Positions 35,690-45,178 of a stretch of DNA of 64,000 nucleotides are shown one piece after another; the stretch's first letter is position 1; the number at the start of each line of letters is the position of its first letter. The stretch is from an uncultured Candidatus Saccharibacteria bacterium (GTDB taxonomy: Bacteria > Patescibacteriota > Minisyncoccia > UBA6257 > UBA9933). The stretch spans positions 2,334-66,333 of the forward strand of contig CAYRXZ010000001.1 of the NCBI GenBank assembly GCA_964428615.1, written 5' to 3'. The notes under the pieces are model-generated. The model did no database searches. It saw only the letters and a program-made list of their open reading frames with translations, and had not been told where the DNA came from. Position numbers and translations under genes: made by a program.

Positions 35690-36896
35690 TGATTACTCTT
35701 AATATTTCTTCGACCGTGGTAATGCCGCTTATAACTTTTTGGAAACCGTCTTCAATCATAGTGGTCATTCCGTTTTTGATGGCAATCTTTTTTATTTCGC
35801 CAGCGTCAACCTTTTTTACTACAGCTGCTCTTATTTCATCATCCATTTCTAAAACTTCATAAATGCCGATTCGGCCGCGATAACCACTATGGTCGCATTT
35901 ATCGCAACCGCTACCCTGATAGAAATTTTTGTAATTCGCCAAAATTTTCCCAGGTAAAACACCTGAAAGACTTTTTATTTCATCTTGGGTGATAGATTTT
36001 TTAATTTTACAATCCGAACAAATTTTTCTCACCAATCGCTGGCCAATAGCGAGATTAATGGTGGAGGCGATTAAAAATGGCTCTATTTCCATATCAATAA
36101 GCCTAGGTAAAGTTGTGGCGGCATCATTGGTATGTAAAGTGGAAAGAAGAAGATGACCTGTTAGAGCGGCATTAATTGAGATCGAAGCGGTTTCTTCATC
36201 GCGAATTTCACCAACCATAATAATATTCGGGTCTTGTCTTAAAATAGAACGGAGGCCTGTGGCAAAAGTCAAACCGGTGCGCGGATTAACTTGAATCTGG
36301 TCTATTCCTTCAATAGCATATTCAATCGGGTCTTCAATAGTAATAATGGAAATTTCCGGCGTATTTAAAAGTTTGATCAAAGTATAAAGAACCGTTGTTT
36401 TCCCGGAACCGGTCGGTCCGGTAGAAAGAATCATTCCATAAGGTTTTTTAACGGCGTTAAGAATTTTCTTTTTATCCCTTTCACTAAAACCTAAGGTTTC
36501 TAAAATAAATTTTCCCGTTTTTTCCGCCAAAAGCCTTAAAACGGCATTTTCGCCGTAATAAGTCGGAGCGATGGAAACTCTGATGTCAATCGGGCCGACT
36601 TTTTTAATGACAAGACGGAAACGGCCATCTTGAGCCGCTTGATGCTCGTCGGTCCTTAACCCTGAAAGAACTTTAATTCTGGTAATTATTTCTGAATGAA
36701 TTTCCTTAGGAAAAATAAAACTATCATGAAGTACGCCATCAATTCTTAATCTGACCCGCAAACGTTTGTCTTCCGGATCAATATGAATATCAGAAGCTCT
36801 ACTTTCATAAGCATGTTCGATTAAGCTGTCTATCAAATCAATAATCGAAATTTGCTCTCCTTTTTTAATCTCTTGATCAATATTTTTTTTAGGCAT
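35682..36896 (-). CDS. Type II/IV secretion ATPase (GspE/PilB/ComGA family)
   Basis: 404 aa; Walker A GPTGSGKTT, Asp/His boxes, tetracysteine CSDCK...CDKCDHSG zinc motif; lacks N1 domain like ComGA. Confidence 0.75.
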   Translation of the reverse strand: MPKKNIDQEIKKGEQISIIDLIDSLIEHAYESRASDIHIDPEDKRLRVRLRIDGVLHDSFIFPKEIHSEIITRIKVLSGLRTDEHQAAQDGRFRLVIKKVGPIDIRVSIAPTYYGENAVLRLLAEKTGKFILETLGFSERDKKKILNAVKKPYGMILSTGPTGSGKTTVLYTLIKLLNTPEISIITIEDPIEYAIEGIDQIQVNPRTGLTFATGLRSILRQDPNIIMVGEIRDEETASISINAALTGHLLLSTLHTNDAATTLPRLIDMEIEPFLIASTINLAIGQRLVRKICSDCKIKKSITQDEIKSLSGVLPGKILANYKNFYQGSGCDKCDHSGYRGRIGIYEVLEMDDEIRAAVVKKVDAGEIKKIAIKNGMTTMIEDGFQKVISGITTVEEILRVINE

Positions 36897-36919
36897 TTCT
36901 TATTCGTCTTTACCCATAT

Positions 36920-38047
36920 TTAAATTTCTTTTTCCAGATCTTCTAAAATTTTTCTTGCCTTTGCGCTAACTTTTTTCGGCGTTTTAACTTTTAATTCTAC
37001 GATTAAATCACCTCTGCCAAACCCGCCAAACCTAGGCATTCCTTCTCCGCGAATCTTCAAATTCTCTTTTAAATCAAAATCTGCCGGAATTTCAATCTTT
37101 AATTTATTACCTGAAATAGTCAGAATATCAATCTTTTTATCTAACATCAAATCAATCATTTTAAAATCTTTTCTTATTATCAAATCATCTTCTTGCCGTT
37201 TAAAAATCTGGTGCGATTTAATTTTGATAATTATATAAAGGTCTCCTTCTTTAGCTCCGCGTTCGCCTGCTTCGCCTCCCCCCTGAATTTTTATTATTTG
37301 TCCGTCGGCAATGCCGGAACGAATTTCTATCGTTGTATTTTTTTCACCCATTACTTTGCCGACGCCACGGCAAACTTCGCAAACTTTTTTCGGAATCTGT
37401 CCTGTGCCAAAACATTTAGAGCAAGATTTTACTTGCATAATATCTCCAAAAAAACTTTTACGAATTTCTTTTATCTCACCTCTGCCGCCGCAAGTTTCGC
37501 ATTTATCAAAACCGGCTTTAGCGTCATGACCCAAGCCACTGCACTTTTCGCATTTTATCGAAACCGAATATTTTATTTTTTTCTCTGCCCCACGATATGC
37601 TTCTTCTAAATCTATTTCCTGAACTATTTGGACATCAGCTCCGCCATGATATGAACGGCGCTTTTGTTTTACACCCATACCTTCAAAAAACGCATCAAAT
37701 ACATCGCTCAAATCTCCAAAGTCGCCGGAAAAATTGACATTTGCTCCTCCAAAATCGAAACCAAAAGGATTTCCCTGAGTTCCGCCGAAGGGCCCGCCTT
37801 GCGAAAAATCAAATCCGTTAAATCCTCCGCCGGCTTGCTGACCGCCATCAAATACTCGGCCGAATCTGTCGTATTGTGCCCGCTTTTCTTTACTAGACAA
37901 AACTTTATACGCTTCGCTTATTTCCTTGAATTTCTTTTCGTCGCCGCCCTTGTCGGGATGATATTTATGCGCTAATTTCCGAAACGCTTTTTTAACGTCC
38001 TCTTCCGAAGCTCCCTTATTTATGCCAAGAATTTTATAATAATCCAT
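36920..38047 (-). CDS. dnaJ: Chaperone DnaJ
   Basis: J-domain [33 protein letters not shown], Gly/Phe region, four CxxCxGxG zinc-finger repeats. Confidence 0.85.
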   Translation of the reverse strand: MDYYKILGINKGASEEDVKKAFRKLAHKYHPDKGGDEKKFKEISEAYKVLSSKEKRAQYDRFGRVFDGGQQAGGGFNGFDFSQGGPFGGTQGNPFGFDFGGANVNFSGDFGDLSDVFDAFFEGMGVKQKRRSYHGGADVQIVQEIDLEEAYRGAEKKIKYSVSIKCEKCSGLGHDAKAGFDKCETCGGRGEIKEIRKSFFGDIMQVKSCSKCFGTGQIPKKVCEVCRGVGKVMGEKNTTIEIRSGIADGQIIKIQGGGEAGERGAKEGDLYIIIKIKSHQIFKRQEDDLIIRKDFKMIDLMLDKKIDILTISGNKLKIEIPADFDLKENLKIRGEGMPRFGGFGRGDLIVELKVKTPKKVSAKARKILEDLEKEI

Positions 38048-39033
38048 TATTTTAAAATGACATTCTCTTTGCTTCTTCCTTCAAGTATAATCGTGCCGAA
38101 ACCCAAAGCCAAAAGAGTTTCATAAAGTAAAAACGAAACAAAAGCGGCAAGTAAACGAATTGGCCAAATAAAACTAATAATAACTAAAAATATGAAAACT
38201 GCAACCAATATTGGAGTAGAATTTAATATATTGTCCGGCAATGAATAAAATTTAACCGCTAAAAAGTCATACATCGTGTCGGAAAGCTTGCTTTGAAAAT
38301 TCAGCTGCGTCCCGGCCATACCCATTGCCTGACTTTTTACCTGTTGAATTGCATTACCTAATAATTCTTCTTTTATAGAATCTGGCAAAAGGCTAAGTTG
38401 AGGATTATTTTCAAGTTCCTTTGTGGCGATACTTCTTATCATTTCTTCTGTTGAACCGGCAAGATTAAAACCGGGCATAATTTTTTCCAAAACCCCATTA
38501 TCCGTTATTGGAGAAACTACAACATTGAAAGCATTTCGTGAGATAAAAAAGTCTTTATCGCTAACATCTATAAAACTTGCGCAAATAACTCCAGCAAACA
38601 CCGCTATTCCGGCAACCACCTTGGGTAAAACTTTTTTAGCAACTTTCCAAAACTTTATTTCAAGAGCATTTTCAATTTCTTTTCTGCCGGCATAAATGCC
38701 GGATACAAAAAATAAAAGGCCTAAAATTATCCCAACGCCAACCATTAAAGAAAATCTATCGTAAAAAAAGATAAAAAATGCCAAGCTTTGAAATAAAACC
38801 GCCAAAACAACCATCCATCCGGTTTTAATAAAGAAAACACAAAGCAAAAACACCGCCATGAAAGCAAGCGCCATTAATGAAGACAATAAAAGATTATTCC
38901 CGCCGCCGCTAACCATAAAAACCTGTACAAAAAATCCCGAAGCAAAAGAAAACACAACGCCGAAAAGCGACAAAATAATTATTTTAACCCTTGAACGGTC
39001 TAATGAAACCTCATCTGTTCCCGATGAATCCAT
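38047..39033 (-). CDS. Hypothetical polytopic membrane protein inserted between dnaK and dnaJ
   Basis: 328 aa; 6-7 TM helices; no known family. Confidence 0.3.
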   Translation of the reverse strand: MDSSGTDEVSLDRSRVKIIILSLFGVVFSFASGFFVQVFMVSGGGNNLLLSSLMALAFMAVFLLCVFFIKTGWMVVLAVLFQSLAFFIFFYDRFSLMVGVGIILGLLFFVSGIYAGRKEIENALEIKFWKVAKKVLPKVVAGIAVFAGVICASFIDVSDKDFFISRNAFNVVVSPITDNGVLEKIMPGFNLAGSTEEMIRSIATKELENNPQLSLLPDSIKEELLGNAIQQVKSQAMGMAGTQLNFQSKLSDTMYDFLAVKFYSLPDNILNSTPILVAVFIFLVIISFIWPIRLLAAFVSFLLYETLLALGFGTIILEGRSKENVILK

Positions 39034-39053
39034 AATTATATTATAGCAAATTT

Positions 39054-40925
39054 TTATTGATTAGGAGAATTTTGCTCTTTATTATCTTCATCACCCCCAT
39101 TGCTTTCATTGCCTTCTTTTTTTTCGGCATACATCGCTTGCCCTATTTTTTGAAGCTCTAAAGAAAGTTCGGAAGCGGCTGATTTTATTTCTTCAATATT
39201 CTGCGATTGATGAATTGAAGTTTTAAGTTTTTCAACTTTTTGATTTATAGAATCTTTAAGTTCGGCCGAAATTTTATCGCCAGCTTCGCTCACTGATTTT
39301 TCAGCTAGATAAACCGTCTGCTCGGCATGATTTTTTGCTTCTGCTAATTCTTTTTTCTGCCTATCTTCTTCGGAATGCGCCGCAGCTTCTTGTTTTAATT
39401 TTTCAACGTCTTCTTTTGAAAGCTGGGTTGAAGCTTCAATGCGAATTGATTGACTTTTACCGCTAGCTTTATCTTTTGCCGAAACATTCAAAATGCCATT
39501 AGCATCTATATCAAAAGAAACTTCAATTTGTGGAATGCCACGCGGAGAAGGCGGAACTCCGTCTAAAATAAATTTCGCCAAAGTTTTGTTATCTAAGGCC
39601 ATAGTGCGTTCGCCCTGTAGAATGTGAATTTCAACTGAAGTCTGATTGTCAGCCGCCGTTGAAAAAACCTGCGACTTTTGTGTCGGAATCGTTGTATTTT
39701 TTTCAAGAATCGGAGTAGCTACTCCGCCATATGTTTCAATGCCTAAAGTTAAAGGAGTAACATCTAAAAGTAAAACATCTTTTACATCGCCTTGAAAAAT
39801 TCCGGCTTGAATCGCAGCGCCGGCAGCAACAACCTCATCGGGATTAATTCCTTTATGCGGCTCTTTTCCAAAAAACTTTTTAACTGCTTCCTGAATGGCC
39901 GGCATTCTTGTCTGACCTCCAACCATTACTACTTCGTCTATTTCTGAAGGCTTAAAACCAGCTTCTTTAATTGTCTTTTCAACTAATTCAATTGAGCGTT
40001 CTATTTCAGCCTTAACAAGTTCTTCTAGTTTGGCGCGAGTAAATTTTAAAAGAAAATGTTTCGGCCCGGAAGTGTCAGAGGTTATATAGGGAAGATTTAT
40101 TTCACTTTCAAAGGCTGTTGAGAGCTCATGCTTGGCGCGTTCGGCCGCTTCTTTTAACCGCTGTAAAGCCAGTGGGTCACTCGAAATATCAATGCCTTCT
40201 TGTTTTTTATATTCTAAAACCAAGAATTCTATTATTTTTCTATCAAAATCATCTCCGCCCAAATGTGTATCTCCACCGGTAGCTTTTACTTCAACCGTTT
40301 CATCGCCGACTTCCAAAACAGAAATGTCAAAAGTCCCACCTCCAAAATCGTAAACCACAATCTGCTCATTTTTCTTTTTATTTAAACCGTATGCCAACGC
40401 TGCGGCTGTCGGTTCGTTTATTATTCTACGCACTTTCAGGCCGGCAATTTCTCCGGCATTTTTAGTTGCTTGTCTTTGAGAATCGTCAAAGTAAGCCGGA
40501 ACCGTAATAACCGCTTCTTCTATTTTTTCTCCAGTCTTCGCTTCAGCATCGGCTTTTAATTTTGCCAAAACCATAGCTGAAATCTCTTCCGGCTTGTACC
40601 ATCTGTCCGCCATTTTTATTTCCACTCCGCCAGTTGAAGATTTTTGAATATCAAAAGGAAGCCATGCCTTATCGCGCTGAACTTCTTTGTCTTCAAAATT
40701 GCGGCCAATCAACCGCTTAACCGAAGAAATTGTATTTTTAGGATTAACCACCGACTGTCTTTTTGCCAATAAGCCAACTAAGCGTTCGCTTGCCTTTGAA
40801 ATTGCGACTACAGAAGGCGTGGTACGGTTACCTTCGTGATTTTCTAAAATTTTCGGCTCGCCCGCTTCAATAATTGCCATCGCCGAATTTGTTGTTCCTA
40901 AATCTATTCCTAAAATTTTAGCCAT
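39054..40925 (-). CDS. dnaK: Chaperone DnaK (Hsp70)
   Basis: 623 aa; [27 protein letters not shown] Hsp70 signatures. Confidence 0.95.
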   Translation of the reverse strand: MAKILGIDLGTTNSAMAIIEAGEPKILENHEGNRTTPSVVAISKASERLVGLLAKRQSVVNPKNTISSVKRLIGRNFEDKEVQRDKAWLPFDIQKSSTGGVEIKMADRWYKPEEISAMVLAKLKADAEAKTGEKIEEAVITVPAYFDDSQRQATKNAGEIAGLKVRRIINEPTAAALAYGLNKKKNEQIVVYDFGGGTFDISVLEVGDETVEVKATGGDTHLGGDDFDRKIIEFLVLEYKKQEGIDISSDPLALQRLKEAAERAKHELSTAFESEINLPYITSDTSGPKHFLLKFTRAKLEELVKAEIERSIELVEKTIKEAGFKPSEIDEVVMVGGQTRMPAIQEAVKKFFGKEPHKGINPDEVVAAGAAIQAGIFQGDVKDVLLLDVTPLTLGIETYGGVATPILEKNTTIPTQKSQVFSTAADNQTSVEIHILQGERTMALDNKTLAKFILDGVPPSPRGIPQIEVSFDIDANGILNVSAKDKASGKSQSIRIEASTQLSKEDVEKLKQEAAAHSEEDRQKKELAEAKNHAEQTVYLAEKSVSEAGDKISAELKDSINQKVEKLKTSIHQSQNIEEIKSAASELSLELQKIGQAMYAEKKEGNESNGGDEDNKEQNSPNQ

Positions 40926-40948
40926 AGTAATTTATATTATTTTTTTTA

Positions 40949-41467
40949 TTATTTCGCTACTTTTACTCTTGCCGGTCTTATAATCTTACCGTGTAGAGAA
41001 TATCCTTTTTCGACCTCTTCAATTATTGTTCCTGAAGGTTTATCTGACTCAACTGACGCCACTGCTTCTTGTAAGCTTGGGTCAAACGGCTGACCGACTG
41101 ATATAATGACCCTTTCTAATCCACTAAGTCTCATTATGTCTTCCAGTTGTTGGCGTATCAAATAAAGCCCTTTTTGCATTTTTGATTCTTCATCACCTCC
41201 AAGTGTAACTAATGCTAAATCAAAACTGTCTAAAACCGTTATTAAATCTTTTACTATTACTTCGTTAGCGAATTTCACGATGGCTTCAAACCTTTTTGAC
41301 TCGTCTTTTTTATAATTTATAAGATCCGCTTTTGCTCGTTTCCAACCATCAAGGTATTCATCACGTTGTTTTTCGCAGTCGTAATCGCACGAACTGCATT
41401 CCGTCTGTACGTTGGACTCTTCTTTTTTTTCTTCCTTTTTATTTTCTTTTTTTATGTCGTTTTCCAT
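40949..41467 (-). CDS. grpE: Nucleotide exchange factor GrpE
   Basis: 172 aa; coiled-coil then GYSLHGKIIRPARVKVAK C-terminal GrpE block. Confidence 0.8.
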   Translation of the reverse strand: MENDIKKENKKEEKKEESNVQTECSSCDYDCEKQRDEYLDGWKRAKADLINYKKDESKRFEAIVKFANEVIVKDLITVLDSFDLALVTLGGDEESKMQKGLYLIRQQLEDIMRLSGLERVIISVGQPFDPSLQEAVASVESDKPSGTIIEEVEKGYSLHGKIIRPARVKVAK

Positions 41468-41510
41468 AATTCAAATTTTTTAATAATTTATAAAACAACT
41501 AACAAAACAA

Positions 41511-41538
41511 AGTATAACAACTCATTGACGATCGTCAA
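41511..41538 (-). promoter_or_regulatory. Putative sigma70-type promoter of grpE-dnaK-dnaJ embedded in operator palindrome (-35 TTGACG, 16 nt, -10 TATACT)
   Basis: Minus-strand read: TTGACGatcgtcaatgagttgtTATACT ~37 nt upstream of grpE ATG. Confidence 0.4.
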
Positions 41539-41550
41539 TAGTTTGTTATA
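41513..41550. promoter_or_regulatory. 38-bp near-perfect palindrome TATAACAA(C)T(C)ATTGACGATCGTCAATAGTTTGTTATA (operator candidate) between regulator gene and grpE
   Basis: 2 mismatches to perfect copy at 42164..42201; centred on GATC. Confidence 0.5.
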
Positions 41551-41562
41551 CTTCGCTAAATT

Positions 41563-42153
41563 TTAAAAATTAAGCATTTCGTCATCGTCGACCTCACCCA
41601 CTGTCATTAATTTTATACAATCATTTAATTTCCTAAAAAGAATTTCTTCATAAAAATCTTCTGCTAATGGACTTTTCCCCATGAAAACGCTTTTTTGAAT
41701 CGGCTTATATTCCAAAGAAATAAGCTGCCAGCGAAGCCAATTTCTGCCATCACGATTTTTTTCCGGTATATCAAACATTATTATTCTCCATTTGCCATCC
41801 CATTGCTCTTTTTCTTTTTCTTTTTCTTTAAAATTTTTTACGGCTCTTAAACCAAGGTTTGTTATCTGAAAACCTGTTTTCTTTTTTTCAACCAAACCCT
41901 TTTTTTGAAGCCGCCACAAAATAGTTCGAGCGCTTTCTTTTTTAAGATTTTTAAGCTCATCATAATAATCCCAAAAATCTTTTGTATCCATTACTCTTTG
42001 ATAGCTTTTTGCCAAACCTCTTTGGGGGCCAGCTAAAACTTCTGACAATGCTACCGCACCTCTTTCCGCCAAACCCAAAAGTAAAGCCATACCAGCCAAA
42101 CTAGTATTCATAGGTAAATCTCTTATTACTTGTTTTAATTGCTCTTTTTCCAT
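41563..42153 (-). CDS. PaaX-family-like winged-HTH transcriptional regulator (truncated, ~197 aa) at head of grpE-dnaK-dnaJ operon
   Basis: wHTH TILWRLQKKGLVEKKKTGFQITNLG resembles PaaX RTALFRLNKEGWLDVSRIGRRSFYSLSDKG; WDGKWRIIMFDIP matches PaaX WDGKWLLLL block; ORF-track start 42189 is a TTG inside the palindrome; ATG at 42153 preferred. Confidence 0.55.
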   Translation of the reverse strand: MEKEQLKQVIRDLPMNTSLAGMALLLGLAERGAVALSEVLAGPQRGLAKSYQRVMDTKDFWDYYDELKNLKKESARTILWRLQKKGLVEKKKTGFQITNLGLRAVKNFKEKEKEKEQWDGKWRIIMFDIPEKNRDGRNWLRWQLISLEYKPIQKSVFMGKSPLAEDFYEEILFRKLNDCIKLMTVGEVDDDEMLNF

Positions 42154-42163
42154 TCCAAAAAAG

Positions 42164-42201
42164 TATAACAAACTATTGACGATCGTCAATAGTTTGTTAT
42201 A
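42164..42201. promoter_or_regulatory. 38-bp perfect palindrome TATAACAAACTATTGACGATCGTCAATAGTTTGTTATA immediately upstream of PaaX-like regulator gene (autoregulatory operator candidate)
   Basis: Exact reverse-complement symmetry over 38 bp; contains TTGACG/TATACT promoter-like hexamers on both strands. Confidence 0.55.
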
Positions 42202-42302
42202 TTGGCTAATTTGTTAAAATATTTATCAAAGCACAATAATTTGTCAAAATGCCAGTCATCAAGTAAAATTATATTAGCTAATATAATTTTATAGTTAAAA
42301 AC

Positions 42303-43670
42303 ATGATTAAATTCTACAATACTCTTTCCGGTAAAAAGGAAGCTTTTAAACCACTTAAAAATAAAACAGCTCGAATCTACAATTGCGGACCGACGGTCTA
42401 CAACTATGCCCATATAGGCAATTTGAGAACTTATGTTTTTGAAGATATTTTGCGCCGTACACTTAAAGCGAATGGCTATAAAATAAAACAAATAACTAAT
42501 ATCACCGACGTTGAAGATAAGATTATTAAAAAAGCCCAACAAGAAAAAAAGGACATTTCTCAGATTACCCGCCCTTTCGAAAAAATATTTTTTGGAGACC
42601 TTAAAAAGCTAAACATTGAAAAATCCGAGCGTTATCCCCGCGCCACTGAACATATAAAAGAAATGATACTTATTATTTCCGCTTTGATGAAAAAAGGTTT
42701 TGCATACCAAGGAAAAGACAAATCAATTTATTTTAAAATTTCAAAATTTAAAAATTATGGCAAGCTTTCAAGATTAAAAAAACGCCAAATAAAAATTGGT
42801 GCCAGAATCGACAGCGACGAATATAAAAAAGATGATGCCCAAGATTTTGTTTTATGGAAATCGGCAAAGCCGAACGAACCGTCATGGCCTTCACCTTGGG
42901 GCACAGGCAGACCGGGCTGGCACATAGAATGTTCAGCTATGAGTATGAAATACCTCGGCGCACCACTTGATATTCACGCCGGCGGAGTAGATTTAATTTT
43001 TCCACACCACGAAAATGAAATCGCCCAATCGGAAGCTGCTACTGGAAAAAAATTCAGCAGGTTTTGGATCCACGGCGAACATCTTTTGGTTAACGGCGAA
43101 AAAATGTCAAAATCGCTCGGCAACATTTTTACGCTTCGCGATTTAGAAAAAAAGGGTGTTAATCTTTTAGCTTTCCGTTATCTGCTTCTTGGAACGCATT
43201 ACAGAAAAAAACTAAATTTTACATGGCAATCACTCAACGCCGCAGAGCACGCACTAAATAATCTTCACGAGTTTCTTGAGACAACTAAACAAATTAAAAC
43301 GCCTAGACACCTAAACACTAAAAAACTCAAACTTTATAAAGACCAATTTATCAGCGCTATTAATGACGATTTAAACACATCAAAAGCGCTTTCAATTGTC
43401 TGGCAAATTATTAAAGATAAAAACCTGCCAGCGAAAGATACAAAACGATTAATTTTCGATTTTGATAAGGTTTTAGGGCTTGAATTAAAAGATATAAAGC
43501 CCCTAAAAACCCAAAAAATACCTGACAAAATAACAGTGTTGGCGAAAAGGCGAGAGTTATTAAGAGTTAATAAACAATTTATTCAAGCCGACGCCTTGCG
43601 GAAACAAATAGAAAAGTTAGGATACCTTATAGAAGACACAACCAAAGGACCAGTCCTTTGGAAATCATAA
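42303..43670 (+). CDS. cysS: Cysteinyl-tRNA synthetase
   Basis: 455 aa; HIGN (HIGH) and KMSKS motifs, CGPT..Y.H zinc-binding start. Confidence 0.9.
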   Translation: MIKFYNTLSGKKEAFKPLKNKTARIYNCGPTVYNYAHIGNLRTYVFEDILRRTLKANGYKIKQITNITDVEDKIIKKAQQEKKDISQITRPFEKIFFGDLKKLNIEKSERYPRATEHIKEMILIISALMKKGFAYQGKDKSIYFKISKFKNYGKLSRLKKRQIKIGARIDSDEYKKDDAQDFVLWKSAKPNEPSWPSPWGTGRPGWHIECSAMSMKYLGAPLDIHAGGVDLIFPHHENEIAQSEAATGKKFSRFWIHGEHLLVNGEKMSKSLGNIFTLRDLEKKGVNLLAFRYLLLGTHYRKKLNFTWQSLNAAEHALNNLHEFLETTKQIKTPRHLNTKKLKLYKDQFISAINDDLNTSKALSIVWQIIKDKNLPAKDTKRLIFDFDKVLGLELKDIKPLKTQKIPDKITVLAKRRELLRVNKQFIQADALRKQIEKLGYLIEDTTKGPVLWKS

Positions 43671-43760
43671 TTTCTAATATTTAATTTCTAAATGTTTTAA
43701 ATTTTAGATTTTATTATTAGAGTTTATTTAGAATTTAGTGCTTAGAATTTAGAATTTTTA
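43671..43760. repeat. ~90-bp intergenic tract of period-7 tandem repeats (TTAGAAT/TTTCTAA family)
   Basis: tttctaa tatttaa tttctaa ... ttagaat ttagtgc ttagaat ttagaat - 7-nt register maintained across the whole cysS-dnaB spacer. Confidence 0.6.
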
Positions 43761-43765
43761 TTTTT

Positions 43766-45103
43766 ATGGATTTCAAGTTGCCACCACAAGACATAGAAGC
43801 TGAACGCTCAGTTCTGGGGGCGTTAATGTTAGACAAAGAAGCCATTATTAGAGTGGCTGATTTAATAAAACCTTTAGATTTTTATCAGCCGGCTCACGCT
43901 AAAATATTCGACGCGATTTTCGAACTTTTTGAAAAAGGAGAGCCTATAGACGCCTTAAGCGTTAGTCAGAAACTTAAAGACAGAAAAGAACTCAGTGAGA
44001 TAGGCGGCGCGAGCTATCTTACCGACATTATTAATTCTGTTCCAACCGCTAGTCATATTTCTTATTACGCTAAAATCGTCCGCCAGAAAAAAGTTCTCCG
44101 CGAATTAATTAATGCCTCTTCCGAAATAACCGAAAAAGTTTTTGACTCTTCAAATGATTCTGAAGATTTATTAGACGACATTGAGCAAAAAATTTTTTCT
44201 ATCAGCCAACAATCACGTCCACAAAACTTCATACCGATAAAAGATGAACTTAAAGCCGCTTATGAAAGAATTGAAAAACTCCATCAGGGCGAAAAAGGTT
44301 TAAGAGGGGTTACTACCGGCTTTAATGAACTAGACTTTTATCTTTCAGGGCTCCAACGCTCAGACTTAATCGTGTTGGGCGCCCGGCCGTCGTTGGGAAA
44401 AACTTCTTTGTGTTTGGATATCGCCCGCAATGCCGCTGTTAAAGCAAAAATTCCTGTTGGGATATTTTCACTCGAAATGTCGCGCGATCAAATCGTAGAC
44501 AGAATAATAGCATCCGAAGCACAGGTTACACTCTGGGAACTCCGGAGTGGCAGAATAAAAGATGAAATTGAATTTGAAATGATTCAGGCGGCACTGGACA
44601 GATTAGCACAAGCGCCAATTTATATAGATGACACTCCATCGGCAAACATTATCCAGCTTCGATCAATGGCGCGCCGGCTTCAAGTAGAACACGGTTTAGG
44701 ATTACTGGTTGTTGATTACCTTCAATTAATCGCACCCAGAAACCACACCGAGAATATGGTCCAAGCTATGACCGAAGTTAGCCGAGGCCTGAAAGCTTTG
44801 GCGCGCGAGCTTGAAGTGCCCGTTTTAGCGGCTGCCCAGCTTTCCCGCGCGGTAGAACAACGAGACGTAAAAGTTCCCCGTTTGTCCGATTTAAGAGAAA
44901 GCGGCTCAATTGAGCAAGACGCCGATGTTGTTATGTTTATTTACAGAAAAGATAAAGAAAAGCTTGACCTCTCGCCGGAAGAACGAGACACGGCAGAAAT
45001 TATTATTGCCAAACATAGAAACGGCCCTATAGGCAGTGTTAAACTTAAATTTGATTCAGATAAAGTAAGTTTTAGATCAATAGATAAATTCAGAGCAGAG
45101 TAA
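43766..45103 (+). CDS. dnaB: Replicative DNA helicase DnaB
   Basis: 445 aa; N-terminal DnaB domain, Walker A GARPSLGKTS, RecA-like C-terminal domain; no intein. Confidence 0.9.
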   Translation: MDFKLPPQDIEAERSVLGALMLDKEAIIRVADLIKPLDFYQPAHAKIFDAIFELFEKGEPIDALSVSQKLKDRKELSEIGGASYLTDIINSVPTASHISYYAKIVRQKKVLRELINASSEITEKVFDSSNDSEDLLDDIEQKIFSISQQSRPQNFIPIKDELKAAYERIEKLHQGEKGLRGVTTGFNELDFYLSGLQRSDLIVLGARPSLGKTSLCLDIARNAAVKAKIPVGIFSLEMSRDQIVDRIIASEAQVTLWELRSGRIKDEIEFEMIQAALDRLAQAPIYIDDTPSANIIQLRSMARRLQVEHGLGLLVVDYLQLIAPRNHTENMVQAMTEVSRGLKALARELEVPVLAAAQLSRAVEQRDVKVPRLSDLRESGSIEQDADVVMFIYRKDKEKLDLSPEERDTAEIIIAKHRNGPIGSVKLKFDSDKVSFRSIDKFRAE

Positions 45104-45104
45104 A

Positions 45105-45148
45105 AACAAAAGCCCATACTATCATATATGATAATATGGGCTTTTTAT
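45105..45148. terminator. Bidirectional rho-independent terminator (AGCCCATActatcatatatgataaTATGGGCT + T-run)
   Basis: Long hairpin between convergent dnaB (+) and pheT (-). Confidence 0.5.
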
Positions 45149-45178
45149 GTCTTAGGTCTTATTTCTTATATATTTATA

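Noticed and set aside
41513-42201. The palindromes as CIRCE elements for an HrcA repressor
   Set aside because: Sequence (TTGACGATCGTCAA core, 38-bp dyad) does not match the CIRCE consensus TTAGCACTC-N9-GAGTGCTAA, and no hrcA homologue is present in the operon.
42186-42542. 118-aa minus-strand ORF overlapping the cysS start and the regulator palindrome
   Set aside because: Overlaps the well-supported cysS N-terminus on the opposite strand and starts inside the 38-bp palindrome; no domain signal; likely spurious.
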